The notes: generated by a model from the letters alone, not told the origin. DNA of 64,000 nt from Escherichia coli (GCF_016026235.1 NZ_CP065613.1); one strand, 5' to 3'; positions 45,693 to 61,577 are shown, counted from the stretch's first letter. A program made the numbers and translations.

Positions 45693-48047
45693 TCACAAAG
45701 TGTTTTGATACGGCAGAATGTTCGAACGCAGCATCTCTTGCGTACCCAGACCGTAATTGGAGCTCAGGCCGCGAAGTTCGATGTTAAAGCCGATTGCGTT
45801 GTCATATACCGCATGTTGTTTATCGTTATCCCAACCGTTCAGCTTCCGCTCGTAACCGACGCGAATTGCATAGCAGCAGGAGCTGTATTGCACACCTAAC
45901 ATAGAGTCAGCTTGCTTGTTCGCATTGGTGTCGTAGTAGTAGGCCCCAACAATGGACCAACGATCGGCAATTGGCCAGCTGGCGACAGCACCTACCTGCG
46001 AAATACCATTCTTATATTGCTCAGCAGTGGAATAGTACTTAGGCAGCGTAGCCTGAATATATTCCGGGCTGGCGTAACGGTAATTCAGCTGTACCAGACG
46101 GTCTTCATCCCGACGGTATTCAATGCTGGAGTTACTGGTCGCTACGTTATCCAGACGTGTATCGTACTGAATCCCGCCACGCAATCCCCAACGCTCGGAG
46201 ATACGCCAGTAAGTATCGCCTGCCCACACCAGTGAGCCCGTTTTGTCGTCATTCTCCCATGTTATGTTGTCATCGCCAGTGCGAGACTCCGTGAAATAGT
46301 AGATTTGACCAACGGAAATATTAAAACGTTCAACGGCAGCATCATCATATATGCGAGATGTGACACCGGTCGTCACCTGGTTAGCGGAGGCTATACGGTC
46401 AAGACCGCCGTAAGTCCGGTCCCGGAACAGGCCAGAGTAGTCAGATTGCAGCAGAGACGAGTCGTAGTTATAGATGTCGCTCTGATCGCGATACGGCACG
46501 TACAAATACTGCGCGCGCGGTTCCAGCGTTTGGGTATAACCCAGAGCCAGCATTTCCATATCGCGTTCAAAGACCATTTTGCCGTCAACTTTGAATTGCG
46601 GCATTACGCGGTTAACGGATTCGTCCAGCTTGGTTGTGTTTCTGGAGTTATACCAGTCAAGATTGGTTTGCTGATAATGGGTTGCCAGCAACTTCGCTTC
46701 GGTATTGATGCTGCCCCAGTTATTAGAGAGCGGCAAATTGATGGTCGGTTCCAGGTGAACACGAGTTGCTTCAGGCATGTCGTCTCTGGTGTTAACAAAG
46801 TGCACTGCCTGGCCGTAAATACGCGTATCAAACGGACCAACATCATTCTGGTAGTAGTTAACGTCTAACTGCGGCTCTGCCGAGTAGCTACTGGTGTTCT
46901 GTTCACTGAAGACCTGGAACTGCTTGGTTGAAACGGTGGCATTGAAGTTTTGCACCGCATAGCCAACGCTGAATTTTTGCGTTGCGTAGCCGTCAGTACT
47001 GGAACCGTACTTGTTATCGAAATCATTGAAGTAGCTAGGATCGCTGACCTTGGTGTAGTCGACGTTGAAACGCCACACTTGATCCATGACCCCGGAGTGG
47101 TTCCAGTAGAATAACCAACGACGTGAACTGTCATCGTTCGGGTGTTCATCTTCATAGACTTTATCTGAAGGCAGATAGTCCAGTTCCATCAAGCCAGCGC
47201 CCGCCTGGGAGAGGTAGCGGAATTCGTTCTCCCACATGATGTTGCCACGACGATGCATATAATGCGGCGTGATGGTGGCATCCATATTTGGCGCGATGTT
47301 CCAGTAATATGGCAGGTAGAACTCAAAGTAGTTGGTGGTGGTGTACTTGGCGTTCGGGATCAAGAAACCAGAGCGACGTTTGTCACCCACCGGCAACTGC
47401 AAATAGGGGCTATAAAAGATCGGTACCGGACCCACCTTAAAGCGGGCGTTCCAGATCTCCGCAACTTGTTCTTCGCGGTCATGAATAATTTCGCTACCTA
47501 CCACGCTCCAGGTGTCAGAACCCGGCAGACAGGAGGTAAAGCTACCGTTATCCAGAATGGTATAGCGGTTTTCGCCACGTTGTTTCATCAGGTCCGCTTT
47601 ACCGCGTCCCTGGCGACCCACCATCTGGTAATCACCCTCCCAGACGTTGGTATCTTTGGTGTTCAGATTCGCCCAGCCTTTCGGCCCTTTGAGGATCACC
47701 TGGTTATCGTCGTAATGGACATTACCGAGCGCATCAACGGTACGTACCGGCTCCGGTTGTCCTGGTGCCTCTTTTTGATGGAGCTGCACTTCGTCGGCCT
47801 GCAGACGGCTGTTACCCTGCATGATATCCACGCTGCCAGTAAACACGGCGTCATCCGGGTAGTCCCCTTTCGCGTGGTCAGCATTGATAGTCACGGGTAA
47901 GTCATTGGTATCGCCCTGTACCAGAGGACGGTCATAACTTGGCACGCCCAACATGCACTGTGAGGCGAGGTCGGCTGCCAGTCCCTGTTGACTATAAAGG
48001 GCGGTGGCAATCATGGTGGCCAGGAGAGTGGGGATACGTTTTTTCAT
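45693..48047 (-). CDS. lptD: LPS assembly outer-membrane protein LptD
   Basis: 784 aa with signal peptide; beta-barrel protein. Confidence 0.97.
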   Translation of the reverse strand: MKKRIPTLLATMIATALYSQQGLAADLASQCMLGVPSYDRPLVQGDTNDLPVTINADHAKGDYPDDAVFTGSVDIMQGNSRLQADEVQLHQKEAPGQPEPVRTVDALGNVHYDDNQVILKGPKGWANLNTKDTNVWEGDYQMVGRQGRGKADLMKQRGENRYTILDNGSFTSCLPGSDTWSVVGSEIIHDREEQVAEIWNARFKVGPVPIFYSPYLQLPVGDKRRSGFLIPNAKYTTTNYFEFYLPYYWNIAPNMDATITPHYMHRRGNIMWENEFRYLSQAGAGLMELDYLPSDKVYEDEHPNDDSSRRWLFYWNHSGVMDQVWRFNVDYTKVSDPSYFNDFDNKYGSSTDGYATQKFSVGYAVQNFNATVSTKQFQVFSEQNTSSYSAEPQLDVNYYQNDVGPFDTRIYGQAVHFVNTRDDMPEATRVHLEPTINLPLSNNWGSINTEAKLLATHYQQTNLDWYNSRNTTKLDESVNRVMPQFKVDGKMVFERDMEMLALGYTQTLEPRAQYLYVPYRDQSDIYNYDSSLLQSDYSGLFRDRTYGGLDRIASANQVTTGVTSRIYDDAAVERFNISVGQIYYFTESRTGDDNITWENDDKTGSLVWAGDTYWRISERWGLRGGIQYDTRLDNVATSNSSIEYRRDEDRLVQLNYRYASPEYIQATLPKYYSTAEQYKNGISQVGAVASWPIADRWSIVGAYYYDTNANKQADSMLGVQYSSCCYAIRVGYERKLNGWDNDKQHAVYDNAIGFNIELRGLSSNYGLGTQEMLRSNILPYQNTL

Positions 48048-48301
48048 ACGTTGATTTTATTGTTCCATCATCGGTAACGTTGCGCGTGACAAACGGTCAG
48101 AGACTAACGTACTCGTCATCTCTACGCTAGTGTTAATCCTGTCCGAATAGCGTCAGTGGTGTTAGGCACGGCATTGAATGACAGGTATGATAATGCAAAT
48201 TATAGGCGATGTCCCACAATTGACCGCAGCCGGAAAACGGTAAAAGCACCTTTATATTGTGGGAGATAGCCCTGATATCCGTGTGTCGATTTGGGGAATA
48301 T

Positions 48302-49117
48302 ATGCAGTATTGGGGAAAAATCATTGGCGTGGCCGTGGCCTTACTGATGGGCGGCGGCTTTTGGGGCGTAGTGTTAGGCCTGTTAATTGGCCATATGTTT
48401 GATAAAGCCCGTAGCCGTAAAATGGCGTGGTTTGCCAACCAGCGTGAGCGTCAGGCGCTGTTTTTTGCCACCACTTTTGAAGTGATGGGGCATTTAACAA
48501 AATCCAAAGGTCGCGTCACGGAGGCTGATATTCATATTGCCAGCCAGTTGATGGACCGAATGAATCTTCATGGCGCTTCCCGTACTGCGGCGCAAAACGC
48601 GTTCCGGGTGGGAAAATCAGACAATTACCCGCTGCGCGAAAAGATGCGCCAGTTTCGCAGTGTCTGCTTTGGTCGTTTTGACTTAATTCGTATGTTTCTG
48701 GAGATCCAGATTCAGGCGGCGTTTGCTGATGGTTCACTGCACCCGAATGAACGGGCGGTGCTGTATGTCATTGCTGAAGAATTAGGGATCTCCCGCGCCC
48801 AGTTTGACCAGTTTTTGCGCATGATGCAGGGCGGTGCACAGTTTGGCGGCGGTTATCAGCAGCAATCTGGCGGTGGTAACTGGCAGCAAGCGCAGCGTGG
48901 CCCGACGCTGGAAGATGCCTGTAATGTTTTGGGCGTGAAGCCGACGGATGATGCGACCACCATCAAACGTGCCTACCGTAAGCTGATGAGTGAACACCAT
49001 CCCGATAAGTTGGTGGCGAAGGGTTTGCCGCCTGAGATGATGGAGATGGCGAAGCAGAAAGCGCAGGAAATTCAGCAGGCCTATGAGCTGATAAAGCAGC
49101 AGAAAGGGTTTAAATAA
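48302..49117 (+). CDS. djlA: DnaJ-like membrane co-chaperone
   Basis: 271 aa from [19 protein letters not shown]..; C-terminal J domain with HPD. Confidence 0.95.
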   Translation: MQYWGKIIGVAVALLMGGGFWGVVLGLLIGHMFDKARSRKMAWFANQRERQALFFATTFEVMGHLTKSKGRVTEADIHIASQLMDRMNLHGASRTAAQNAFRVGKSDNYPLREKMRQFRSVCFGRFDLIRMFLEIQIQAAFADGSLHPNERAVLYVIAEELGISRAQFDQFLRMMQGGAQFGGGYQQQSGGGNWQQAQRGPTLEDACNVLGVKPTDDATTIKRAYRKLMSEHHPDKLVAKGLPPEMMEMAKQKAQEIQQAYELIKQQKGFK

Positions 49118-49124
49118 GTTTTAA

Positions 49125-49215
49125 ACTGTAGGCCTGATAAGACGCGGCCCGCGTCGCATCAGGCAATCGGCGCACAATTGCCGGATGCGGCGTGAACGCC
49201 TTATCCGCCTACCGA
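49125..49215. repeat. REP/BIME element
   Basis: gtaggcctgataagacgcg...gccggatgcggcgtgaacgccttatccg. Confidence 0.85.
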
Positions 49216-49233
49216 ACTGCGCCAGCGTGACGA

Positions 49234-49893
49234 TTAAAAATCCGCTGGCGCTTTAAACGTCATACTATTGCCATACGCCGGATGGGTAATCGTCAACATC
49301 TCTGCATGTAGCAACAAACGCGGTGCCATCGCTCTCGCTTCTGGTGATGCATAAAAACGATCGCCGAGAATCGGATGCCCCAGCGCCAGCATATGCACAC
49401 GCAATTGATGCGAACGCCCGGTAATCGGTTTTAACACCACTCTTGCCGTGTTATCCGCCGCATACTCCACCACTTCATATTCCGTCTGCGCAGGTTTACC
49501 CGTTTCGTAACAGACTTTCTGTTTCGGGCGGTTTGGCCAGTCGCAAATCAGCGGCAGATCCACCAGACCTTCTGCGGGGGATGGATGCCCCCAGACGCGG
49601 GCCACATACTGCTTTTTCGGCTCGCGCTCGCGGAACTGGCGTTTTAACTCCCGCTCCGCGGCTTTGGTCAGCGCCACTACAATCACGCCGCTGGTAGCCA
49701 TATCCAGACGATGCACCGATTCTGCCTGCGGATAATCACGCTGAATGCGCGTCATCACGCTGTCTTTGTGCTCTTCCAGACGACCCGGCACTGACAACAA
49801 ACCGCTCGGCTTGTTGACCACCATAATGTGGTCATCCTGATACAGGATAACCAACCAGGGTTCCTGCGGTGGATTGTAGTTTTCCATCCCCAT
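49234..49893 (-). CDS. rluA: Pseudouridine synthase RluA
   Basis: 219 aa. Confidence 0.96.
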   Translation of the reverse strand: MGMENYNPPQEPWLVILYQDDHIMVVNKPSGLLSVPGRLEEHKDSVMTRIQRDYPQAESVHRLDMATSGVIVVALTKAAERELKRQFREREPKKQYVARVWGHPSPAEGLVDLPLICDWPNRPKQKVCYETGKPAQTEYEVVEYAADNTARVVLKPITGRSHQLRVHMLALGHPILGDRFYASPEARAMAPRLLLHAEMLTITHPAYGNSMTFKAPADF

Positions 49894-49904
49894 TTTCGGC
49901 TCCG

Positions 49905-52811
49905 TTACTGATGCGTCACAACGATCAAACGCAGGGCATCCAGACGCCAGCCTGCCTGATCCAGGCTTTCCATTACCTGCTGACGGTTGCTCTCAATGGC
50001 GGTCAGTTCGTCGTCACGAATGTTCGGGTTCACTGCGCGCAGCGCTTCCAGACGAGACAGCTCGGCAGACAGTTTTTCGTCGGCTTCGTTACGCGCTGCA
50101 TCAATCAATGCACGGGCAGATTTCTCGATCTGCGCTTCACCCAGCTGGAGAATAGCGTGAACATCCTGCTGCACGGCGTTAACCAGTTTGCTGCCGGTGT
50201 GACGGTTAACCGCGTTAAGCTGGCGGTTAAAGGTTTCAAACTCCACCTGGGCCGCCAGGTTGTTGCCATTTTTATCCAGCAGCATACGTACCGGCGTCGG
50301 TGGCAGGAAGCGGTTGAGCTGCAACTGCTTCGGCGCCTGGGCTTCAACCACGTAAATCAGTTCCACCAACAGCGTACCTACCGGCAACGCTTTGTTTTTC
50401 AACAGTGAAATCGTGCTGCTACCGGTGTCGCCAGAAAGGATCAGATCCAGACCGTTGCGGATCAGCGGATGCTCCCAGGTAATAAACTGTGCATCTTCAC
50501 GCGCCAGCGCCACTTCACGATCAAAGGTGATGGTGATGCCATCTTCCGACAGGCCAGGGAAGTCCGGCACCAGCATATGATCGGACGGCGTCAGCACGAT
50601 CATGTTGTCGCCGCGATCGTCCTGATTGATACCGATAATATCGAACAGGTTCATGGCGAAGGCGATCAGGTTGGTATCGTCATCCTGCTCTTCAATGCTT
50701 TCTGCCAGTGCCTGGGCTTTTTCGCCACCGTTGGAGTGGATTTCCAGCAGGCGGTCACGACCCTGTTCCAGCTGTGCTTTCAGCGCTTCATGTTGCTCGC
50801 GGCAGTTTTTGATCAGATCGTCAAAGCCTTCGGTTTGATCCGGTGAAGCCAGATAGTTAATCAGATCGTTGTATACGCTATCGTAAATAGTGCGTCCGGT
50901 CGGGCAGGTGTGCTCAAATGCATCCAGACCTTCGTGATACCAGCGCACCAGCACCGACTGAGCGGTTTTCTCCAGATAAGGCACATGGATCTGAATATCG
51001 TGCGCCTGGCCGATACGATCCAGACGACCAATACGCTGCTCCAGTAGATCCGGGTTGAATGGCAGGTCAAACATCACCATGTGGCTGGCGAACTGGAAGT
51101 TACGTCCTTCAGAACCGATTTCTGAGCACAGCAGTACCTGTGCGCCGGTGTCTTCTTCGGCAAACCAGGCGGCAGCGCGGTCACGTTCGATAATCGACAT
51201 ACCTTCGTGGAACACCGCAGCGCGAATACCTTCACGTTCGCGCAGTACCTGCTCCAGTTGCAGCGCAGTGGCAGCTTTGGCGCAGATCACCAGCACTTTC
51301 TGAGAGCGATGGCTGGTCAGGTAGCCCATCAGCCACTCAACGCGCGGATCGAAGTTCCACCAGGTGGCGTTATCACCTTCAAATTCCTGATAAATACGCT
51401 CCGGGTAGAGCATATCGCGAGCACGATCTTCCGCACTTTTACGTGCGCCCATAATGCCGGAGACTTTAATAGCCGTCTGATACTGCGTCGGTAGCGGCAG
51501 TTTAATGGTGTGCAGCTCGCGTTTCGGGAATCCTTTCACACCGTTACGCGTGTTACGGAACAGCACGCGGCTGGTGCCGTGGCGATCCATCAGCATCGAA
51601 ACCAGCTCCTGACGGGCGCTCTGGGCATCTTCGCTGTCGCTGTTTGCTGCCTGCAACAGCGGCTCGATATCCTGCTCGCCGATCATCTCGCCGAGCATGT
51701 TCAGTTCGTCATTGCTCAGTTTGTTACCTGCCAGCAGCATGGCAACGGCGTCCGCAACCGGACGATAATTTTTCTGCTCTTCAACGAACTGCGCAAAATC
51801 GTGGAAACGGTTCGGGTCCAGCAGACGCAGACGGGCGAAGTGGCTTTCCATCCCCAGCTGTTCCGGGGTCGCGGTCAGCAGCAGAACGCCCGGCACGTGC
51901 TCTGCCAGTTGTTCAATGGCCTGATATTCACGGCTTGGCGCATCTTCGCTCCACACCAGGTGATGCGCTTCATCGACCACCAGCAGGTCCCATTCGGCTT
52001 CACAGAGATGTTCCAGGCGCTGTTTGCTACGACGGGCAAAATCCAGCGAGCAAATCACCAGCTGTTCGGTGTCGAACGGGTTGTAAGCATCGTGCTGAGC
52101 TTCGGCATAACGCTCATCATCAAACAAAGCAAAGCGCAGGTTGAAACGGCGCAGCATTTCTACCAGCCACTGATGCTGTAAGGTTTCCGGGACGATAATC
52201 AGCACACGTTCAGCAGCGCCAGAGAGCAGTTGCTGATGAAGGATCATCCCGGCTTCAATGGTTTTCCCTAAACCCACTTCGTCAGCCAGCAGGACGCGCG
52301 GCGCGTGGCGGCGACCAACATCATGAGCGATGTTGAGCTGATGCGGAATCAGGCTGGTACGCTGACCGCGCAGGCCGCTGTACGGCATACGGAACTGTTC
52401 GCTGGAATACTTACGCGCGCGATAACGCAGCGCAAAGCGGTCCATACGGTCAATCTGCCCGGCAAACAGACGGTCCTGCGGTTTGCTGAACACCAGTTTG
52501 CTATCAAGGAAAACTTCACGCAGGGCTACGCCGGACTCTTCAGTATCCAGGCGAGTACCGATATAGGTCAGCAAGCCATTTTCTTCTTTTACTTCTTCGA
52601 CTTGCATCTGCCAGCCGTCATGGCTGGTAATGGTATCACCAGGGTTGAACATCACGCGGGTCACGGGGGAATCACTGCGTGCGTACAGACGGTTTTCACC
52701 AGTAGATGGGAAAAGTAAAGTGACAGTTCGCGCATCCACCGCGACAACGGTTCCAAGTCCCAATTCGCTTTCTGTATCGCTGATCCAGCGTTGACCAAGT
52801 GTAAAAGGCAT
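49905..52811 (-). CDS. rapA: RNA polymerase-associated SWI2/SNF2 ATPase RapA
   Basis: 968 aa with helicase motifs (GLGKT, DEAH). Confidence 0.97.
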
Positions 52812-52975
52812 ATGTGTTCGGCTCTATATCTTTAATTGCAGGCAATAACCACCCGCTACCGTGCTTATGAGGTAGTGGTGTTATTCAGGTCCAGGAATGG
52901 AAAGGGCGCTATGGTACTGGATGGCAAAGCATTCGTCACGCATCAAAATGGTATCTGGCGAACTCTTTTTTTTGC

Positions 52976-55327
52976 TCAAAATAGCCCAAGTTGCCCGGTC
53001 ATAAGTGTAGCAAAATTATCCTCAATAAAAGGGAGTATTCCCTCCGCCACGGGTTGTAGCTGGCGGGTCAGATAGTGTTCGTAATCCAGTGGTGAACGTT
53101 GGTAGTCCAGCGGCTCCGGGCCGTTGGTGGTCCATACGTACTTAATGGTGCCGCGATTCTGATATTGCAAGGGGCGACCGCGCTTTTGATTTTCTTCATC
53201 GGCAAGGCGAGCGGCGCGTACATGAGGCGGAACATTACGCTGATATTCGCTCAGCGGACGGCGAAGGCGTTTACGGTAAACCAGCCGCGCATCCAGTTCA
53301 CCCGCCATCAGTTTGTCGATGGTTTGGCGGACGTACTCCTGATATGGCTCGTTGCGGAAGATACGCAGGTACAGCTCCTGCTGAAACTGCTGGGCCAGCG
53401 GCGTCCAGTCGGTGCGCACGGTTTCCAGCCCTTTAAACACCATCCGCTGCTTGTCGCCCTCCTGAATCAGCCCGGCGTAGCGCTTTTTACTGCCGGTATC
53501 AGCTCCGCGAATGGTTGGCATAAGAAAACGGCAGAAATGAGTTTCATACTCCAGTTCTAATGCGCTGGTCAGCCGTTGTTTTTGCAGCGTTTCCGCCCAC
53601 CAGGCGTTAACGTGCTGCACCAGTGCACGACCGATTTTCGCCGCCTCTTCTTCCGAATGTGCACCTTTTAGCCAGACAAAAGTCGAGTCGGTATCTCCGT
53701 AGATAACGTCGTAGCCCTGCGCTTCAATCAATGCTTTGGTCTGCCGCATGATCTGATGACCACGCATGGTGATCGACGATGCCAGGCGCGGATCGAAGAA
53801 GCGGCAGGCGGTGGTGCCGAGCACGCCATAAAAGGCATTCATAATGATCTTCAGCGCCTGCGAAAGCGGCTTATTACCCTGACGTTTGGCTTCATCGCGC
53901 CCGTGCCAGATGTTAGTCACAATCTCCGGCAGGCAATGTTTCTCCCGTGAGAACCAGGCATCGAGAAAACCTTCGGTACTGGGCTCTGGATCAGGTTGCG
54001 CCATGCCTTCAACCAGCCCGACGGGATCAATCAGAAAGGTGCGGATGATCGACGGGTACAGGCTTTTATAGTCCAGCACCAGCACTGAATCATAAAGCCC
54101 TGGCCGTGAATCCATCACGTAGCCGCCAGGGCTGGCGTGCGGCGGCACTTCGCCGAGATTAGGCGCGACATAACCAGCGCGATGCATTCGCGGAAAATAG
54201 AGATGACCAAACGCTGCCACCGAACCGCCGTGCCGATCCACCGGCAGGCCGTTCACCGTTGCTCGTTCGAGTAAAAATGGCATGATTTCAGTTTTGTGGA
54301 AGATCTGCGTCACCAGCTCGCAATCTTTCAGGTTATAAGTTGCCAGCGCAGGTTTATCTTCGGCGAAACGGCGGTCAATTTCGTCCATTCGATCCCACGG
54401 GTTATCGATAGATTTTCCTTCGCCTAATAGCTCCTGAGCGACAGTTTCCAGCGAGAATGAAGAGAAATTCCAGAACGCGGATTTCAGCGCCTCGATACCG
54501 TCGATAATTAGCCGACCTTTAGCCTGGGCAAAAAAGACGCCGTTTTTAAAGCCGTGCTCGCGCCACTCCAGCTCGCTATTATCGCGCCCAAGACGCAGCG
54601 GAAGACGGTAACGCTCGGCATGTTTTTGCAGCATTCGCAGATCGAACTGCACCACGTTCCAGCCGATGATCACATCGGGATCGTGGTTTGCAAACCAGGC
54701 GTTGAGTTTTTCCAGCAGCAGCGGGCGGCTGGCGACGTATTCCAGTTCGAAATCAAGCGAGGAGGCGTCGCCATTCTCCGGCCCCAGCATATAAACGATG
54801 CGCTGCCCGCAGCCTTCCAGGCCGATGCAGTACAGCTCACCGTGGCGGGTGGTTTCAATATCTATAGAAACCCACTTGAGCGGCGGACGATAGTCGGGAT
54901 GCGGTTTCAGACGGGCATTAACGATAGTGCCATTGTGCATATCACCCTCGACCCACACCGGTGAGGTGATAAACCGCTCCATCAGATAGCGTTCTGGCGG
55001 GCGCACATCGGCCTCGTAGACGGTAACGCCACCTTCACGCAGGCGCTTTTCGTAATTCATCAATTGGCGATGGGCGCGACAGTAAAGGCCATACACCGGC
55101 TGGCGGTGAAAATCCTTTAACGCCAGCGGTGTCAGGCGAAAGCCTTGTTCACCCTGCAAAATATGCTGAGCGCGGGGAACCTGATCGGCGGGAATAAACG
55201 CCACGGACTCTTGCGGTGCAAGCGTAACCTGCAACGGCCCGTTGTCCGTCGCCAGCCAGAAGGAGACTTCTGTCCCTTGCGGGGTGTCCCGCCAGTGTCG
55301 GGTTAAGATAAAACCTGCCTGCGCCAC
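52976..55327 (-). CDS. polB: DNA polymerase II
   Basis: 783 aa B-family polymerase (YGDTDS motif). Confidence 0.97.
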   Translation of the reverse strand: MAQAGFILTRHWRDTPQGTEVSFWLATDNGPLQVTLAPQESVAFIPADQVPRAQHILQGEQGFRLTPLALKDFHRQPVYGLYCRAHRQLMNYEKRLREGGVTVYEADVRPPERYLMERFITSPVWVEGDMHNGTIVNARLKPHPDYRPPLKWVSIDIETTRHGELYCIGLEGCGQRIVYMLGPENGDASSLDFELEYVASRPLLLEKLNAWFANHDPDVIIGWNVVQFDLRMLQKHAERYRLPLRLGRDNSELEWREHGFKNGVFFAQAKGRLIIDGIEALKSAFWNFSSFSLETVAQELLGEGKSIDNPWDRMDEIDRRFAEDKPALATYNLKDCELVTQIFHKTEIMPFLLERATVNGLPVDRHGGSVAAFGHLYFPRMHRAGYVAPNLGEVPPHASPGGYVMDSRPGLYDSVLVLDYKSLYPSIIRTFLIDPVGLVEGMAQPDPEPSTEGFLDAWFSREKHCLPEIVTNIWHGRDEAKRQGNKPLSQALKIIMNAFYGVLGTTACRFFDPRLASSITMRGHQIMRQTKALIEAQGYDVIYGDTDSTFVWLKGAHSEEEAAKIGRALVQHVNAWWAETLQKQRLTSALELEYETHFCRFLMPTIRGADTGSKKRYAGLIQEGDKQRMVFKGLETVRTDWTPLAQQFQQELYLRIFRNEPYQEYVRQTIDKLMAGELDARLVYRKRLRRPLSEYQRNVPPHVRAARLADEENQKRGRPLQYQNRGTIKYVWTTNGPEPLDYQRSPLDYEHYLTRQLQPVAEGILPFIEDNFATLMTGQLGLF

Positions 55328-55401
55328 GCTGAAAATCCATCAAAAAACCAGGCTTGAGTATAGCCTGGTTTCGTTTGATTGGCTGTGGTTTTATACAGTC
55401 A

Positions 55402-56097
55402 TTACTGCCCGTAATATGCCTTCGCGCCATGCTTACGCAGATAGTGTTTATCCAGCAGCGTTTGCTGCATATCCGGTAACTGCGGCGCTAACTGACGGCA
55501 GAATATCCCCATATAAGCGACCTCTTCCAGCACGATGGCGTTATGCACCGCATCTTCGGCATTTTTGCCCCATGCAAACGGGCCGTGGGAATGGACCAGA
55601 ACGCTGGGCATTTGCGCTGCATCGATACCCTGTTTTTCAAAGGTTTCTACGATGACGTTACCGGTTTCCCACTCATATTCGCCGTTGATTTCTGCGTCGG
55701 TCATTTTGCGGGTGCAGGGAATGGTGCCGTAGAAATAGTCGGCGTGGGTGGTGCCGGTTGCTGGAATCGACTGACCCGCCTGCGCCCAGATGGTGGCGTG
55801 GCGCGAGTGCGTATGCACAATGCCGCCAATGGAGGGGAATGCCTGATAGAGTAGTCGGTGAGTTGGCGTATCGGAGGAGGGCTTTTTCGCACCTTCAACC
55901 ACTTCACCGGTTTCGATGCTGACCACGACCATATCGTCAGCGGTCATGATGCTGTAATCGACGCCGGAGGGTTTGATCACAAAGACGCCGCGCTCGCGAT
56001 CAACGGCGCTGACGTTGCCCCATGTGAGCGTGACCAGGTTGTGTTTTGGCAGCGCCAGGTTGGCTTCTAATACCTGGCGTTTGAGATCTTCTAACAT
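55402..56097 (-). CDS. araD: L-ribulose-5-phosphate 4-epimerase
   Basis: 231 aa. Confidence 0.97.
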   Translation of the reverse strand: MLEDLKRQVLEANLALPKHNLVTLTWGNVSAVDRERGVFVIKPSGVDYSIMTADDMVVVSIETGEVVEGAKKPSSDTPTHRLLYQAFPSIGGIVHTHSRHATIWAQAGQSIPATGTTHADYFYGTIPCTRKMTDAEINGEYEWETGNVIVETFEKQGIDAAQMPSVLVHSHGPFAWGKNAEDAVHNAIVLEEVAYMGIFCRQLAPQLPDMQQTLLDKHYLRKHGAKAYYGQ

Positions 56098-56108
56098 GTT
56101 GACTCCTT

Positions 56109-56280
56109 CGTGCCGGATGCACTTTGCTTATCCGGTCTACAAAATCGCAGCGCGTAGGCCTGATAAGACGCGCCAGCGTCGCATCAGGCGTTGAATGCCG
56201 GATGCGCTTTGCTTATCCGGCCTACAAAAACACAGCGCGTAGGCCTGATAAGACGCGTCAGCGTCGCATCAGGCGTTACA
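56109..56280. repeat. Tandemly duplicated BIME (two REP pairs)
   Basis: gccggatgc..ctttgcttatccgg.ctacaaaa..cgcagcgcgtaggcctgataagacgcg.cagcgtcgcatcaggcgtt occurs twice in tandem. Confidence 0.85.
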
Positions 56281-56296
56281 TACCTGATGTGGCTAC

Positions 56297-57799
56297 TTAG
56301 CGACGAAATCCGTAATACACTTCGTTCCAGCGCAGTGCGTCTTTAAACGCTGGCAGGCGGGTGTCGTTATCAATCACCGTGATTTCAATGTCGTGCATCT
56401 CGGCGAACTGGCGCATATCGTTGAGGTTCAGCGCATGGCTGAAGACGGTATGGTGCGCGCCACCAGCGAGGATCCACGCTTCGGAAGCAGTTGGCAGATC
56501 CGGTTGCGCTTTCCACAGCGCATTCGCCACCGGCAGTTTCGGCAGGGAGTGCGGTGTTTTCACCGTGTCGATACAGTTAACCAGCAGACGGTAACGATCG
56601 CCGAGATCAATCAGGCTGGCGACAATCGCTGGACCGGTTTGGGTATTGAAGATCAGTCGGGCAGGATCGTCCTTACCACCAATACCGAGATGCTGAACGT
56701 CGAGGATCGGTTTCTCTTCTACGGCAATCGACGGGCAGACTTCCAGCATATGGGAGCCGAGCACCAGGTCATTACCTTTCTCGAAGTGATAGGTGTAGTC
56801 CTCCATAAAGGAGGTGCCGCCCTGCAGACCGGTTGACATCACCTTCATGATGCGAAGCAGGGCGGCGGTTTTCCAGTCGCCTTCGCCCGCAAAGCCGTAA
56901 CCCTGCTGCATCAGACGCTGTACGGCCAGACCTGGAAGCTGTTTCAGACCGTGCAAATCTTCAAAGGTGGTGGTGAACGCGTGGAAGCCACCTTGTTCCA
57001 GGAAACGCTTCATCCCCAGCTCAATACGCGCCGCTTCCAGCACGTTCTGTCGTTTTTCGCCGTGGATTTGTGTGGCAGGCGTCATGGTGTAGCAGCTTTC
57101 GTACTCATCGACCAGCGCGTTAACATCGCCGTCGCTGATGGAGTTCACCACCTGCACCAGATCGCCAACCGCCCAGGTATTGACGGAGAAACCGAACTTG
57201 ATCTGTGCGGCAACTTTATCACCATCGGTGACCGCTACTTCACGCATGTTATCGCCAAAACGGCAGACTTTCAGATGACGGGTATCCTGTTTAGAGACCG
57301 CCTGGCGCATCCAGGAGCCGATACGCTCATGGGCTTGTTTATCCTGCCAGTGACCGGTAACCACGGCATGTTGCTGACGCATACGCGCGCCAATGAAGCC
57401 GAACTCGCGACCGCCATGTGCAGTCTGGTTCAGGTTCATAAAGTCCATATCGATACTGTCCCACGGCAGCGCCGCGTTAAACTGGGTGTGGAATTGCAGC
57501 AACGGTTTGTTGAGCATGGTCAGGCCGTTGATCCACATTTTGGCCGGGGAGAAGGTGTGCAGCCACACCACCAGACCAGCGCAACGATCGTCGTAATTCG
57601 CGTCGCGGCAAATAGCGGTGATTTCATCCGGCGTGGTGCCCAGCGGTTTCAACACCAGTTTGCAGGGCAGTTTCGCTTCCGTATTCAGCGCATTAACAAC
57701 GTGCTCGGCATGTTGGGTGACCTGACGCAGGGTTTCCGGGCCATACAGATGCTGGCTGCCAATGACAAACCACACTTCATAATTATCAAAAATCGTCAT
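56297..57799 (-). CDS. araA: L-arabinose isomerase
   Basis: 500 aa from [16 protein letters not shown].. Confidence 0.97.
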
Positions 57800-57809
57800 T
57801 ATCGTGTCC

Positions 57810-59848
<2,039 letters not shown>

Positions 59849-60727
59849 ATGGCTGAAGCGCAAAATGATCCCCTGCTGCCGGGATACTCGTTTAATGCCC
59901 ATCTGGTGGCGGGTTTAACGCCGATTGAGGCCAACGGTTATCTCGATTTTTTTATCGACCGACCGCTGGGAATGAAAGGTTATATTCTCAATCTCACCAT
60001 TCGCGGTCAGGGGGTGGTGAAAAATCAGGGACGAGAATTTGTTTGCCGACCGGGTGATATTTTGCTGTTCCCGCCAGGAGAGATTCATCACTACGGTCGT
60101 CATCCGGAGGCTCGCGAATGGTATCACCAGTGGGTTTACTTTCGTCCGCGCGCCTACTGGCATGAATGGCTTAACTGGCCGTCAATATTTGCCAATACGG
60201 GTTTCTTTCGCCCGGATGAAGCGCACCAGCCGCATTTCAGCGACCTATTTGGGCAAATCATTAACGCCGGGCAAGGGGAAGGGCGCTATTCGGAGCTGCT
60301 GGCGATAAATCTGCTTGAGCAATTGTTACTGCGGCGCATGGAAGCGATTAACGAGTCGCTCCATCCACCGATGGATAATCGGGTACGCGAGGCTTGTCAG
60401 TACATCAGCGATCACCTGGCAGACAGCAATTTTGATATCGCCAGCGTCGCACAGCATGTTTGCTTGTCACCGTCGCGTCTGTCACATCTTTTCCGCCAGC
60501 AGTTAGGGATTAGCGTCTTAAGCTGGCGCGAGGACCAACGTATCAGCCAGGCGAAGCTGCTTTTGAGCACCACCCGGATGCCTATCGCCACCGTCGGTCG
60601 CAATGTTGGTTTTGACGATCAACTCTATTTCTCGCGGGTATTTAAAAAATGCACCGGGGCCAGCCCGAGCGAGTTCCGAGCCGGTTGTGAAGAAAAAGTG
60701 AATGATGTAGCCGTCAAGTTGTCATAA
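59849..60727 (+). CDS. araC: Arabinose operon regulator AraC
   Basis: 292 aa from [23 protein letters not shown].. Confidence 0.97.
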
Positions 60728-60812
60728 TTGGTAACGAATCAGACAATTGACGGCTTGACGGAGTAGCATAGGGTTTGCAGAATCCCTGCTTCGTCCATTT
60801 GACAGGCACATT

Positions 60813-61577
60813 ATGCAAGCATTGCTGGAACACTTTATTACCCAATCTACCGTGTATTCATTGATGGCGGTGGTGTTGGTGGCCTTTCTGGAGTCGCTGG
60901 CGCTGGTCGGTTTGATTCTACCCGGTACGGTGCTGATGGCGGGGCTGGGAGCGCTGATTGGCAGCGGCGAGTTAAGTTTCTGGCACGCCTGGCTGGCAGG
61001 GATCGTCGGTTGCCTGCTGGGCGACTGGATCTCCTTCTGGCTGGGCTGGCGTTTTAAAAAGCCGTTGCATCGCTGGTCATTTCTGAAGAAAAACAAAGCA
61101 TTACTCGATAAAACTGAACATGCGTTGCATCAACACAGCATGTTCACCATTCTGGTCGGTCGTTTTGTTGGCCCGACGCGTCCGCTGGTGCCAATGGTGG
61201 CGGGAATGCTGGATCTGCCGGTGGCAAAATTCATTACGCCGAATATTATCGGCTGCCTGCTGTGGCCACCGTTTTACTTCCTGCCAGGGATTCTGGCGGG
61301 CGCGGCGATCGATATTCCAGCCGGAATGCAGAGCGGTGAGTTTAAATGGTTGCTGCTGGCAACAGCGGTGTTTTTGTGGGTTGGTGGCTGGCTGTGCTGG
61401 CGGTTATGGCGCAGTGGTAAAGCGACTGACCGTTTGAGTCATTATTTGTCCCGTGGTCGTTTGTTGTGGCTGACGCCGTTAATTTCTGCCATCGGCGTGG
61501 TGGCGCTGGTGGTGTTAATTCGCCACCCGTTGATGCCGGTGTATATCGATATTTTGCGTAAAGTGGTTGGGGGTTAG
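60813..61577 (+). CDS. yabI: DedA-family inner membrane protein
   Basis: 254 aa. Confidence 0.92.
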   Translation: MQALLEHFITQSTVYSLMAVVLVAFLESLALVGLILPGTVLMAGLGALIGSGELSFWHAWLAGIVGCLLGDWISFWLGWRFKKPLHRWSFLKKNKALLDKTEHALHQHSMFTILVGRFVGPTRPLVPMVAGMLDLPVAKFITPNIIGCLLWPPFYFLPGILAGAAIDIPAGMQSGEFKWLLLATAVFLWVGGWLCWRLWRSGKATDRLSHYLSRGRLLWLTPLISAIGVVALVVLIRHPLMPVYIDILRKVVGG

